Assembly (NCBI RefSeq): GCF_000150275.1 | Contig: NW_002060976.1 | Span: forward strand, 129,626-193,625 | Source of the DNA: Trichoplax adhaerens | Lineage: Eukaryota > Animalia > Placozoa | DNA length: 64,000 bases | Direction: 5' to 3' | Shown: one piece after another, positions 24,401 to 36,501 of the stretch | How positions within the stretch are numbered: position 1 is the stretch's first letter | Layout of the letters: the number at the start of each line of letters is the position of its first letter | The notes under the pieces: generated by a model | What the model saw: the letters and a program-made list of their open reading frames with translations, nothing else | Told to the model about the DNA's origin: nothing | Databases searched by the model: none | Program-made: the position numbers and the translations under genes

Positions 24401-24702
24401 ACACAAAGCAAGATATTGAAAGGAAATTCCCAGCCAGATTATTTCTTACTACTGTACGAATATATGCTTACACTTATGATGAAACTACTATACCTTAAAC
24501 TAAAACTTGACTTATCCATATAAATAATGTGGTCGATAGGATAAATACAAATAGAAAAGAAAATACTTGTAAAATAATGATACCCATATCTGAAGCAGTC
24601 TTCCACTTTCCAACTGACCGCGATATCCAAAGTTATTAAAAGAAATGTTATTCTTCTTATTTTTTGGATCAAAAGTGGACAGGACTAGCGTAGATGTTTC
24701 AA

Positions 24703-25559
24703 ATGGATGATGATGAATTTCAAATCGTAGTCGCTTCCTCGGATCAAATGAAATAGATTATGAAGATGGCAGAAAATGAAGGTTGGAATCCTGGATGTAA
24801 AGATGCAATGACTTTTTCAACTAGCTGATCCAATAGGCCAGTTTGTCGCCTTACTCAAACGGATAAGCTAGAGGTTGTCTTACAGTAATCAACTATGAAG
24901 ATTTTGCATTCGATGAGCAATATATTTTGAAGAAGGAACACCGTGATAAATGCTATGGTATGAAGCTCTCTCAGCATGCACGGAAGTACTGGAAGAAATT
25001 TGAAAATTATAGACTCGAAGCAGTGCCTCAACAAGTCGTAACTATCAAAAGTATTTGGACCTTCAAATTTATCATCGTACTATGCGATATGCTGGAGTAG
25101 TAAGTAAGCCATATACTTATTGTAATGCTGTTATGGATGCTAAAAGCATCTCATTCGACAAATCGTTACAATATGATCGATGCCATTCGCCTAATCTTAG
25201 AAAGTATTTTCTAGTTGTGTGGATTAATCTAGTAACAGGTCGTAGCTTAGTCTATTTAGACGATGATCGAGTTATCCAACAATTTGATGCCATACGCAAA
25301 GGTATTGATAGCTATAAAATCGGAACTTTGTATGCAGAAAGTTTCCAAATGGCCGATAGCTTAATTCATACACTAGCAGGAACGTATGAAAATTGTAAAG
25401 TGGTCTTAGATGCACCAATACCGCAATAAGAATGCTATTAAACTTATTAAAACATTACAATTACAAGAAATATTTGAAACCATTAGAATGCATACTAACC
25501 AATTCCTTACATACGATTTGAATACAGTTTAAGGTCTTATCTGTTTGGAACTTGGATAA
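24703..25559 (+). pseudogene. Disrupted paralog of the GNAT acetyltransferase at 26835
   Basis: Colinear with 26835-27686 (MDDDEFQIVVASSDQMK*IMKMAENEGWNPGCKD...CLELG*). Lesions: TGG>TAG at 24754-24756, +1 insertion near 24815, further frameshifts, and TAT>TAA near 25530. Confidence 0.92.
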
Positions 25560-26834
25560 AGTTTAAATAGATCCAATTTATAGCTTACTAGCAAATCGTC
25601 ATGTTGGATAATTCTACACTATACCTTGTAACTAAAAAATATGGGTTAAATTTTCGAAATAAATTGCCGTCGTTAGAGAACAGTGCTAAATGTTACACCT
25701 ACTTATTGAGATTATCAATCTGTAATGTCTAGTAGGAAAAGATCAATAAAGTACTAGCGCGTAACATCGTCTCTATTTTCAGCCTTCATCTTCTTGGAAA
25801 TGATCTAGAATGACTCCTACTCTCTCTTTAGGGCTATCTTTCTTGGCTTGTTGAAGATAAGTATCTCTTTCCGTCTTCCATTGTAAAATCTACTGGCGCA
25901 GCGTCAGCTGACAATTTTATTATTGTATGGCACTAAAGATCAAGAGATATTTAAAAGTAAAATAATTTGCTCCATTTGATAATGACGGCTATACTCCAAT
26001 ATAAGTAGGATATCAAGATTACCTGTGCTAAATGTAATTGTCGTTTATTTTAAAATTATTTGGACAATATAAAATGCACTATTGTAATTATAATATGCTC
26101 TTTACTGAACCATTGGCTAACATTAGAGAATGGTCATTATATATATATTATGTTATGTAAATGTAAACTTTGTCCCTTATGTTTTCCTCTTGATAACCAA
26201 TCATCTGCCTATGTATATCCGCATATCATATGATATTAAAGTAAATTAGCCATTTGTTTAGCGCCTGACATTGTTACTACTCCTTGGTCACAGCATGATT
26301 ATGATGGAAATGAGTCTTACCAGTAGGAGTACAGGATTCTTCTCAATCATTACTTTGTAGCTGCTCGATTCAAGGTCTTATTGTCACAGACTTTGCCGTC
26401 GCCCATTCCGAAACGAACGCAGAAAAATCCATCGTCGACTACAAATCGATTATTTATCGTCTTTATTTAGTGTGGAATACGAGACATACTCATTCACTGT
26501 AGATAAAAGTAATTCGCTACTTAAATCTGCTTTAATCGAAATTAAAATATTGTAGGTTAAATAAATTTTTTCAATCTGTTTTATATCAATGGTTAATACA
26601 GCATTTACCATACGATCAAAATGATGTTGAGCAACAAAATACACTGCATAAGCGAGCATTACCACTCTATCTTTAAAATTTTACAATGAAATAAAGTTCT
26701 TACCACAGTATATTCTACTGCTCAGCCCGTCCTACCATCAAAACGACTTGTTGTTCTTCAGTTTTATTAGGTTTCATCACAATAACCTAGCTTTTTTTAA
26801 TTTAGGCTAAAACCTCCCCAAATAACAAAGCAAG

Positions 26835-27686
26835 ATGGCTAGTAATGAATTTCAAATTGTAGTTGCTTCTTCGGACCAAGTGAAATGGATTATGAAGATG
26901 GTAGAAGATGAAGGCTGGAACCCTGGATGCAAAGATCCGATCACTTTTCAACTCTCTGATCCATTAGGCATCTTTGTTGGCTTACTCAACGGAGAAGTTA
27001 TCGGCTGCGTAGCAGGAGTCCAGTATGAGGATTTTGGTTTTGGTGGGTTATTTATTATGATGAAAAAATATCGTGGTAAAGGCTATGGCATGAAGTTATT
27101 TCTGCATGCATTGAATCGTTTACGAAAATGTCCAAAAATTGGATTAGATGCAGTGCTTGAACAAGTCAGTAATTACCAAAATGCCGGTTTTCAAACTTTT
27201 CATCACACTATGCGATATATTGGAATAGTTAGTAAGCTAGATTTTCCGTGCAATCATATTGTCGATGCTAAAAGTGTCTCTTTCGACAAATTGCTACAAT
27301 ATGATCGATGTCATTCGCCTGGTCTTCGAAAGTGTTTTCTAGCAGCATGGATTAATCTAGGAACAGATCGTAGCTTAGTGTACTTAGATGATAATCAAAA
27401 TATTCAAGGATTTGGTGCTATTCGTAAAGCTAATGATGGCTATAAAATCGGACCTTTGTACGCAGAAAGTTTCCAAATTGCCGAAAGTTTAATTCATGCG
27501 TTAGCAGGCACATTTGATAAATGCAAACTGGCCTTGGATGTACCCATACCTAATAAAAGTGCTGTAAAGCTTGCCGAGAAATTACAATTAAAGGGAGAAT
27601 TTGAAACCGTTAGAATGTGTTATACTCAACCCTTTACATACGATTGGAACACGGTTTATGGTCTTACTTGCTTGGAACTTGGATAA
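26835..27686 (+). CDS. Intronless bacterial-type two-domain GNAT N-acetyltransferase (GNAT + YitH/Acetyltransf_18-like C-domain), 283 aa
   Basis: EGWNPG motif, acetyl-CoA-binding motif A YRGKGYG, IGLDAVLEQVSNYQNAGF, YKIGPLYA and terminal VYGLTCLELG. Confidence 0.9.
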   Translation: MASNEFQIVVASSDQVKWIMKMVEDEGWNPGCKDPITFQLSDPLGIFVGLLNGEVIGCVAGVQYEDFGFGGLFIMMKKYRGKGYGMKLFLHALNRLRKCPKIGLDAVLEQVSNYQNAGFQTFHHTMRYIGIVSKLDFPCNHIVDAKSVSFDKLLQYDRCHSPGLRKCFLAAWINLGTDRSLVYLDDNQNIQGFGAIRKANDGYKIGPLYAESFQIAESLIHALAGTFDKCKLALDVPIPNKSAVKLAEKLQLKGEFETVRMCYTQPFTYDWNTVYGLTCLELG

Positions 27687-27713
27687 GTTTAGATTAAGCT
27701 AAGGACACGAAGC

Positions 27714-28272
27714 TGTAATGTAACTTAGTATTGTGATTGTAGACTGTTAGCCATGTTTAGTATAATGTATGGTAGCGTAACTTCTATATTTATCCTAAGA
27801 GATATTTGGTAGCCATAACTATAGACTGTAGTGGCATAGACTCTATGCTAGAGTACAGATGACTATATACATTAAGGTGTTGAGTTACTAATAAGGTTAT
27901 AGGTAAAAATAGAACTGTAAATCATATATTAGGATATGGTTACTTCATTGTACTTTGGCTGGTGTGACTAATGTCTACGTAAATACTATAGTCGTATCCA
28001 TATCAATTAATGATGGTCCGCAGTAGAATTGTGTTACTAAGAATAATTTAAGTATGTGTAAAATAAGGTAACAGGTTGCCGTGCTGATTGTAGCTGCGAA
28101 TGCTACGAAAAGTATAAAAACATGCAACTTTAGATTATTCAGTTAGTTCGTTCTAGAAGTCTTTAGTAGTAGTATTCGGCTAGAGTAGAGCTGTGTAGTT
28201 ACTCTTTGTATAAGATTCAATAAAGCCCTTATTTTTCTAAAATTTGGAATTTCGTGATCGGTATATATCACA
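27714..28272 (+). mobile_element. Solo LTR (559 bp) in the 3' flank of the intact GNAT gene
   Basis: TG...CA termini (TGTAAT...ATCACA), perfect 5-bp TSD GAAGC (27709-27713 / 28273-28277), TATAAAA at 28113 and AATAAA at 28219. Confidence 0.8.
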
Positions 28273-29722
28273 GAAGCGTACGAAGCTTGAAGTACTTGAC
28301 TGCTAATGTATAACTGTACTTGTGGGTAATAAACTGTTTTCATGTAGTAGACTCATAAAATAGCTCACAATATTAGCGTGATGATATACAATCGCATATT
28401 CCATACCAGTAATCCCAATTTCCTCTTAATAAACGATACCATCATCTTGAATTAGCTAATACATGCTGTCGTCATATAAAGATCACAACTTTCATGATGA
28501 TTACGACAGTATGAATTACCGGAAAAATTGATAGTACCTCAGATCTGCAACAATTTATTAAGATGCGATTGAAAATGCATTTATTACACTTTCATGAAGT
28601 AATTCTAATAAGTTGCATATATAATATTACATGCTTGACAAAATCATAGAAATTAACAACTCTTCACATTTGCCTCATATTCTTAAACTATACTTATTTA
28701 TTATTGATTTTGGCAGTAGATTATAACCACTTTTCATGCAACAAGGTTGTAGTACAGCCCCAAATATATCTAAGACTATAATTATTAGATTGTACGAAAA
28801 TTGATCAATTGTATGTGAGATTGTAAGATAATAAATTATAGTCTAATTGTAGATAGATAGTCTTTAGTAGTTGTTAGAACCTAACTTACGTAATAAAGTA
28901 AAATTATCAAGAATTGTAGAGCTCGCCTTATTTTTGAGAAGACCCTTTATAGCAAATGTAGCGTATACTGGTAAATATATTGATATCTATTTCGTCATTA
29001 CTGCCGTAACTGACGAAATAGACTTCACCCAATTAAACAATTTAAGTATGTTTAACTTATTTAAATTCATTTTACCTACCTCAATCATTTTCCAAACCAT
29101 ACAATATGCATATAGTAGCTAATCGGCAGTATTTACTCAGACTTAACGAGTACATCAAAATCATTGACGAGAAACACATATTTCTGAAAATAGTTATGAA
29201 GTGACAAATTCTTATAAACATCAAACATCTTATCTTGACCACGAGCACAATATTAGAGAATATCAAACATTAAGATGATCTGTTCTAATAATTTTATTAT
29301 AGTATAACTACATTTTAAATATAGAGTAAAATCTGGAATAATTAATATTAACCATTTTAAATTACTGTGCAAAAGGAGCCGTATAATAACTCATTATTTA
29401 TATTATATTATCGTACAAGTCAAATTGGGTGATAAACAAGCTATTAGTCACTCTTATCTTTGCTAACTCGATAAATAACCTTAGCCTTCAATGTCTTTAC
29501 AATGCTGTATACGCGCATTATCCATACCTTGACAAAATATGATCATGTTAAACATTTCTATCATTAAAGTACAAGCAGCATTTTTCATAAAATAGATCTA
29601 CTGACTGTTACTGTAGGTATTTTTAAAATTAGTTTGTGTACCCATACGATTATTTATCCATCAGGCTATCATCTATTAGGTAGATTGTTAGACAAATCAA
29701 CTTTCGTATATTAGGAGGATCT

Positions 29723-30561
29723 TTAGTGGCATGTAAAGCTATAAATTTTCAATAAATCGACGATAGGAGCCTCGCCAGTGTATAAAGTTCCAAATTTAAA
29801 TACTTAGACTAGCTTTAACTTTTCTACTAATGCCTTTCCATGATTATTCGTTTCTGGAAAGTCGAGAGTAATCCTACAATCACTTTTGTGTTGACAAAGA
29901 GACTTTAACAAAATTTCTGCAATTTCTGGTGTTTCAGCGTAAAGTGGGCCTATACGATAACCATTAACACTTTTTCTAATTGCTTCGAAGCCTTTCACTG
30001 TATCTTTATCCATATAAGCTAAGCAATCTGTTGTTCCAGCATTGATCCTCCTGCTAAAAAGTGTTTTCTCTCATCTGCATAAAATCGTGCATCGTATTGC
30101 AGAATTTTATCGAATGGTAAACTACTAGCTGTACAAACGAAGGGACAAGATATTGTACTATTATCCACAGCTCTTGTATATCGAACATTGACATGAGCTA
30201 TTTTAAAACCAGAATTCTGATATTTAGGTGCATGAATTAGTAGTCCATCGACTCGAACATTATATCCATTCAAGTAGTTCACTGAAAGTTGAAATATTCT
30301 CATGCCATGACCTTGACCACGATGTTCTTTGACAACAACATAGTATCCAATAATAGCAATATGATTAAATTTTATTCCAGCTACACAACACACCGGCTTA
30401 CCATTGATAAGGCCAATAAAATATCCACTGGGATCAGCTTGTTGAAATGCGATTGCATCATTATCACCAGGATTCCATCCTTCTTTCCTAGCCATAGAAA
30501 TGATCCATTCGACTTGATCGGACGAAGCTGATACTATCTCAAGATTGGAATTTTCTGCCAT
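29723..30561 (-). pseudogene. Third, more divergent GNAT acetyltransferase copy (frameshift plus premature stop)
   Basis: ORFs 30019-30561 and 29804-30013 join across a 1-nt deletion near 30047 (FLAG[W]INAGTTDCLAYMD). TAA at 29804-29806 is followed by a homologous tail VFKFGTLYTGEAPIVDLLKIYSFTCH. Confidence 0.88.
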
Positions 30562-30781
30562 TTATAAATATCACATCAATCTAGTTATATAAATAGGAGA
30601 AATAATATCATAGTCCAAAGCTAGTTTGAACTTAACGTCTTCTTTGCTCCTTGTTTTATATTGTTAGAAAATCAGTCTTTAGTAGTATAAATGTTATTCA
30701 CTGCTTGCCAGCTATCTTGCAATACTAGCAATTCTAATTTATATATTATTGGAGTGATTTCAATAGCGAGAGAACAATCCG

Positions 30782-32663
30782 TCAGATAAATGTCATTAAT
30801 TTTGCCGCCCTTTCCAGCTGTGCTTTGGTCACTTGATCTTAACAACACGATTTAATGGCGTCAAAGTTAATGCAATCAATAGTCCGATAAGCTATGATTG
30901 ATGCTTTAGAAAGAGACGACGCTTTGGCGGTCGCTGTCAGAACTCCTCCTTTTTTAGTTAATACTTGGTGATCCATGTCATCTAAGCATTGATAAATAAA
31001 ACCTTATAGCAATACTGTGATCGCTAGCATAATAACTTCAAAATCTAGAATGTTTAGTAACATAAATTTAGTGGGACTTTGAAATTCCTTCAAATTTCGA
31101 TGCTACAGTATGTGGCAAAATTGAATTATACGCGTAAATAAAAATTTTTGAACAGTAGTAACATAATCGTACCTGGCAAGATTAAAGCTAGCTCTTAAAG
31201 TATTTCCGATGCACAATCATTTGTAGCAAGTTACCATAAATGATTTGAAGCTCACACGATCACGATAAGATCTGCTATTAGTCGTTTATGTCAACCATTA
31301 TCTCGTTTTTAATCAGAATATTCAAGTCAGGAGATTGATTTATAGGTATTTAATACTACGATACTAGGATACTATGCAGATATTACGTAAATTTCAATTT
31401 TTACCTGTTAATGCAGTTTCAGCGTGGAATATTTGTATACCAATAAATGTAGCAGCTTTATTAATACTATAAATTTCAACATCAGTCTGGTATGGTCTAG
31501 GGTAACCTCTACTCGCTAGTACTACTCCTACGACATAATCCGGATGCCATTCAACGATACGATTCAAGTTTTGCTTGATGCAATCTTCCAGAATATTGAA
31601 CAAGTCGCTTTTCAGTAAGGGTAGTAAAACCTAAAGCAACATGACAGCGCTCTTCATACTAACGCCTATTCTTAGTATTTCTAGTTTATGAAAGAATAGC
31701 TGAATACAATTTATTTGCTAATACTATTGAAATGAAACCCAAATGGTCCTACCAGGCAATCAATCAGCCATTAGGCATGTACTGCTATTTCTTGGAGTTT
31801 TACCTGCGCTTCAGGATTACCCAATCTACAATTGAACTCTAATACTTTCGGACCATCATTTGTAAGCATTATGTCTACATACAAGATCCCGTCATATGGA
31901 TGACCAAGGCTTTTCATTTTTGAAATGATTTTGAATATAATTTCTTCCCGGATACATCTGTCATCGTCATCTGAAATCTAATATCGGCATGTTACAAAAA
32001 TTAGAAGGCTTTATTAATGGCTTGCTTACAGGATAATGGGCTTATTCTGGTTGCATTTTAGCATAATTATAGAAATTCATGTTAATATTACAACTTTCAA
32101 GTGTAGAGCTATCTTTGCAAAATTCATCTATGAATACTAACCTTAGTATATGGAGCAAATACCCTCATTCCTCCTGTAATTGGACCTAAATCGCGATCGT
32201 ATAGTCTCTTATAATCGTGGATGTGTGGCATTATGCTGACATTAACCCCATCGCAGAAAGCTAGAACCTAATAAAAATCGTGCGCATATATTTAGCCTTT
32301 ATTGCAATCTACGATCGGATGAGCCGTAAATCCTTCAGAAAGGGAAAAGCACAGCATATTTCTTGATTAATGACTAGCCCGTTACCGAGATTCATCTCCA
32401 TGCAAGCATTCTTCAATAATCTTTTTCTCTCCAAATTTATTATTCTGTATGGAACAAGAATAGTCAAGACACTATTACCGTTGATAGTTTCGAGCTCGTT
32501 CAAGTAACTTGAAAGATAAAATCTACCGCAAAATGATAGCTGTAATACGTACTATTAAAATATCGATGATAGCTGTTTCCGCTTCTTCTTGACTACAACA
32601 AATAGCAATGCCTTTTCCAGCTGCAAGGCCATTTGCTTTAATAACGTAACGAGATTGTTGATG
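30782..32663 (-). pseudogene. Degenerate spliced phosphoribosylamine-glycine ligase (GARS/PurD domain of GART); 5' part not found, no AIRS/GART domains follow
   Basis: Six exons: YVIKANGLAAGKGIAIC; KFGEKKIIEECLHGDE(fs); VLAFCDG...DYKRLYDRDLGPITGGMRVFAP; PKVLEFNCRLGNPEAQ; VLLPLLKSDL...VVLASRGYP...IFHAET; KGGVLTATAK...AYRTIDCINFD. There is a phase mismatch at ~32386 and an in-frame TAA at 30839-30841. Confidence 0.88.
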
Positions 32664-34842
32664 CTACAATTAAAAGAAAAAATAACTTGGATCATTTTGT
32701 GTGCTGTACCGCTTGTGGTGTTGTAATTAATCGCAATCTTCCTGAAGCGACAGAATTTAAAGTAAGTATGACTACTAGTGCGGCAATGGTCGTTTTTAAG
32801 TAAGTAATTTATGTGCATGAATAGTCTACTGTAAAGGTTAATTTAGTTAAAACTATCAACTGTGTATCTAATATTTCATCAGGTTCAGTTGATGAACATA
32901 ATTAAATCCGTAATCCTATTAGTAAAAACCTAGGTACTGAATCTTAAATATCCAGTTAATTGCCTCATATAAAATGACACAAATATTTAGTATTAGCCTA
33001 TAGATTTTGTAATTAATTCAAACAAGAATTAACTATAATGGAAACTACATGGATGATCAAGAACATACGCGTAAATTATTTATTACTGGATAGTACATTA
33101 CATAAATCGTGACATAATCCTTTGAGACAGACTAATGAAAACGTGAGTAATTCCGCTGAATTTACGCTATGAACTGACAGTTCATGTAGAATATCTATTT
33201 ATTGTATCTTCTTCGATTAAGCTATTTCTAAGTGGTTATTCCTGTCATGGCTTAAATTGGTTTAATTTCTGCTGCCTTTCAGTCGGACTACTAGACATTA
33301 GATAATTACTAATTCATATATCTAAATTTGATCTCTTGCCCAGTTACTCTTCATTTTTGCAGATAATAATAGCAATGGAACTTATGATGCTTTCCTTGCT
33401 TTCTAAACTCAAAATATTATCACCTTTGTCGGTTTGGGATTGGATTCCTTTCTTTCAGATGGACGTACGATAATTATGGTCGAAAACTTGTACGTGTATT
33501 TAGTCAATCAGAGTGTCCAAATAGTCTTTCAATCTAGGATTTTGATCACTTTTAACTACTCATTTTCTATCGTATGGAATTTTGATGGCAATTTTATGTA
33601 ATTGTTCCTTAATGGCGTTCTCAACAGCCTCTAATGGCAAGGCTATAATGTTAATATTTCAATTTATGATCGGACTCATTGTAGATAGCATCGCTTATTG
33701 CAAACGATTAAATAGCTTCAAGGTTTGAGCATTATTAATTAGAATTTTTATTTTCAAACATTGTTTTTACTGATGATATTATGAAGTGCTACTATAAATA
33801 TATCATATTTTCGAGCCGTTTAATTTTGGGAATTTGAGGAAGGAATATCTGAACCGCGATCTTATAGCAGAATAGGAGAGTGAAATAGCGATAAATATGG
33901 AGCTGACAATTAAAAATAAAAATGTAAATACTGAAATATCATTAATCGCTTGCTTATTTATAGGCTGAGATCTATAGAAAAATACAATCAGTAAATAGCA
34001 TACTGAGAGCTATGAAGTCAACATAGAGATTTAATAATGATTAACCACTGATGATCATTTAATTCAGCGATTGCATTAATTATAGATATTATTCAAAATT
34101 TAAAATGGAACTTAAAATTTAAGTATCAATAATTCAAATCACAAATATCCATCTACGGGTAGAGTAAATTTTAATTGTTATTGCGAATAATTTTTAAACT
34201 GCAGCTAAATCAATCTCTACAATTACAAAGCAATCCTTTCTTATTGAGATTCGGGATAATAAGTCGCTACTATGTATAGTTAATCAGCCTGGAACTTATT
34301 TTTCTTAATTCCTTACAATTATTATCGCGGTAATAATAAGCTAGAATATTTGCACATTTAAAATTAGAAATGAATGAAAATATCGTAAACAATGTACGGC
34401 AAAGTTACGATAGTAACGATGTATATTTTTGCACTAATGTGGTGGCAGGCTCATATTTTATGGTATCGTTATTGCTTACTAAATAAGACTTGGTGAGCGC
34501 AATGCGTGGGGATATATAGAAACATTGAATTTTAATTGGTAGACAGATATTAATAGCATGCAAAATTTCACCATCCCAGTTTTAAATAATTGATCGATTT
34601 ATCTTAAAAGATCAAGACAATAGGCCTGGCTTTTCATGGTAATAATTTATTTCATAACTTCCGTTTAAAGTACACACTATAAAGTAATTCTCATTATCAC
34701 AAGGCTAACAACAAATTTTAATTATATCTGCTTTGATTCATATTGTCATACTCCATTGCATTTGGGAAACAAAATTTCAGCGTTATCATTTCAAGCAACT
34801 CAATTGAAGTACACCCAAAATCCTATTAAGAAGTAAACGAAA

Positions 34843-36501
34843 TTACGATACTTCACTATAGAAACGATTGGACCTGAATGGATTTCTAGGCTTAATGTAG
34901 TTCCAAAATACGGAAGCAACGACTACAATAGCGAGACAAGTAATCAGAGTAATGCCCATAATCACTGCTGGTGACACAAAATTAATTCTTCCATAATTAG
35001 GAATTTTCCGACATGGTATGTGAGCGAAATTTGCCAATTGGTTTGGTATATCCAAATAGCTTAAATATGCAGGAGTGCATGTAGGATCTTGACAATGATT
35101 TTGGTAACCGCAGTCGCATTCCTCACCTTCATCGATTATTCCATTGCCACATACAGGGTAGTACTGATCCACAAAACAACTTTGCTGACTTCTTGCTTTA
35201 TTCAGTAAGGTGTGATAAATTGATTGCCGACTACACGGGGAGAATAATAGATTATTTCTTTGCTTTCCGCTTGTAACCGTAGAATGCATTAAATAATCTC
35301 CATGACTTCCTCCAGGAGAGCATCGATGGCTAGCATTATCATGATTCGCACCAAATATGTGGCCCATTTCATGAGCCATGATTAACAGTCTTATTGGGTA
35401 GATTAAGGAGCTTCGATAACGAGAGATAGACATTAGACCAACATTAGAGCTAGATCGGAGGTGATTGTATTGATAATGATATCGTGTGCATACACCCTGA
35501 TCTGCTTCATAACCGCTACTGGCTATTCCAGTTACTTTTAGAGTAAACTGATGATCGATTAGTAGAAACGCCATACAGTACGAGCTGTAATTATAAAGAG
35601 CTGTCCAGTTGCCGAAGTAATATTTTGGATCATCTATATTATCTAAACGACTGAAATTTCTCTTAGCTGAAAAACTTTGTACAGCAAAGCCAATTCCATC
35701 CGCTTTGCCATCGCCGTTAAAATCTGTGCGTCGATAGATCAGGTTAACACCTTGCAATAACACAGAAGCACCAATCAAAGCATGAAATTGGTCCCCATAT
35801 CGTTGGACAACACGATGATCAATTTCAATACGAGCTAAACAGGTCGTTTTATTTGTATCTTTTTTAGTTTGTTCCGAAAATTGTTTCTTACGCAGAAGAT
35901 GACTATACAAATTTGAGGAAGAAAATGACTCTAATGGATCGAAAAGCCATGGTCCGCTTTCTGCTTCTCCACGTCCCTTCCTTGATCGATGTTGAATATC
36001 AACATCTCGGTAGATAATAAACGAATTACGATCGATGAGATTCCTGATATAAAATAGACTGTATTCAATGTAATATTTAATTTTGTTGTGGATAAATACA
36101 CCTTGAAATTGACCGGATGGATAAATGTAACCGTAGGCCTCCGATGTTGGATAAGATTCGACAAATCCCTGTACAAGATGGTGGTGATCGAATAATTTAA
36201 CAGAATTTGGATCTAAGTCAAGAATGAAATTATCATGATAAAGAAGTGGTTGACTACGTAGAACTAATGGGAAAGTTTTTTTATAGGCATGAACTTGAAT
36301 TCGGAAGCGATATGCAAGATTAGTTTTAATATCGGAAGTATTGGTCGCCACTTTAGAATACCCAGAAAATTCTGCATATTCGTAATTTTTAAGATATAGT
36401 ATAGATGATTGCCTTTGCTGCCATTGTAATGCAAGTGTAAACGATTGGATATCAAATACACAAACTAGTAACAAAGTGACAATAAATCTGGCTGATGGCA
36501 T
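34843..36501 (-). CDS. Intronless ADAM10/17-like zinc metalloprotease (signal peptide, prodomain, reprolysin, truncated disintegrin, TM, short tail)
   Basis: HEMGHIFGANHD zinc motif, Met-turn YLMH, NNLLFSPCS, CGNGIIDEGEECDCG and a C-terminal hydrophobic helix. Confidence 0.92.
   Translation of the reverse strand: MPSARFIVTLLLVCVFDIQSFTLALQWQQRQSSILYLKNYEYAEFSGYSKVATNTSDIKTNLAYRFRIQVHAYKKTFPLVLRSQPLLYHDNFILDLDPNSVKLFDHHHLVQGFVESYPTSEAYGYIYPSGQFQGVFIHNKIKYYIEYSLFYIRNLIDRNSFIIYRDVDIQHRSRKGRGEAESGPWLFDPLESFSSSNLYSHLLRKKQFSEQTKKDTNKTTCLARIEIDHRVVQRYGDQFHALIGASVLLQGVNLIYRRTDFNGDGKADGIGFAVQSFSAKRNFSRLDNIDDPKYYFGNWTALYNYSSYCMAFLLIDHQFTLKVTGIASSGYEADQGVCTRYHYQYNHLRSSSNVGLMSISRYRSSLIYPIRLLIMAHEMGHIFGANHDNASHRCSPGGSHGDYLMHSTVTSGKQRNNLLFSPCSRQSIYHTLLNKARSQQSCFVDQYYPVCGNGIIDEGEECDCGYQNHCQDPTCTPAYLSYLDIPNQLANFAHIPCRKIPNYGRINFVSPAVIMGITLITCLAIVVVASVFWNYIKPRNPFRSNRFYSEVS

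Noticed and set aside
25740-26440. Exon-like minus-strand segments between GNAT copies (ILQWKTERDTYLQQAKKD...)
   Set aside because: Splice-like signals are present, but there is no consistent open frame or recognisable family.
24703-30561. Bacterial contamination or an endosymbiont contig as the source of the GNAT genes
   Set aside because: The copies are interleaved with spliced genes and an LTR, match host AT content, and show no operon context.
32309-32818. ORF-track proteins at 32309-32503 and 32555-32818
   Set aside because: They are wrong-frame readings of GARS exons; the true frame is VIKANGLAAGKG.
33200-33645. Coding-looking minus-strand fragments (LPLEAVENAIKEQ...KGIQSQTDKGDNILSL)
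   Set aside because: Possibly a pseudogene relic, but it has many stops and no motif I can assign.
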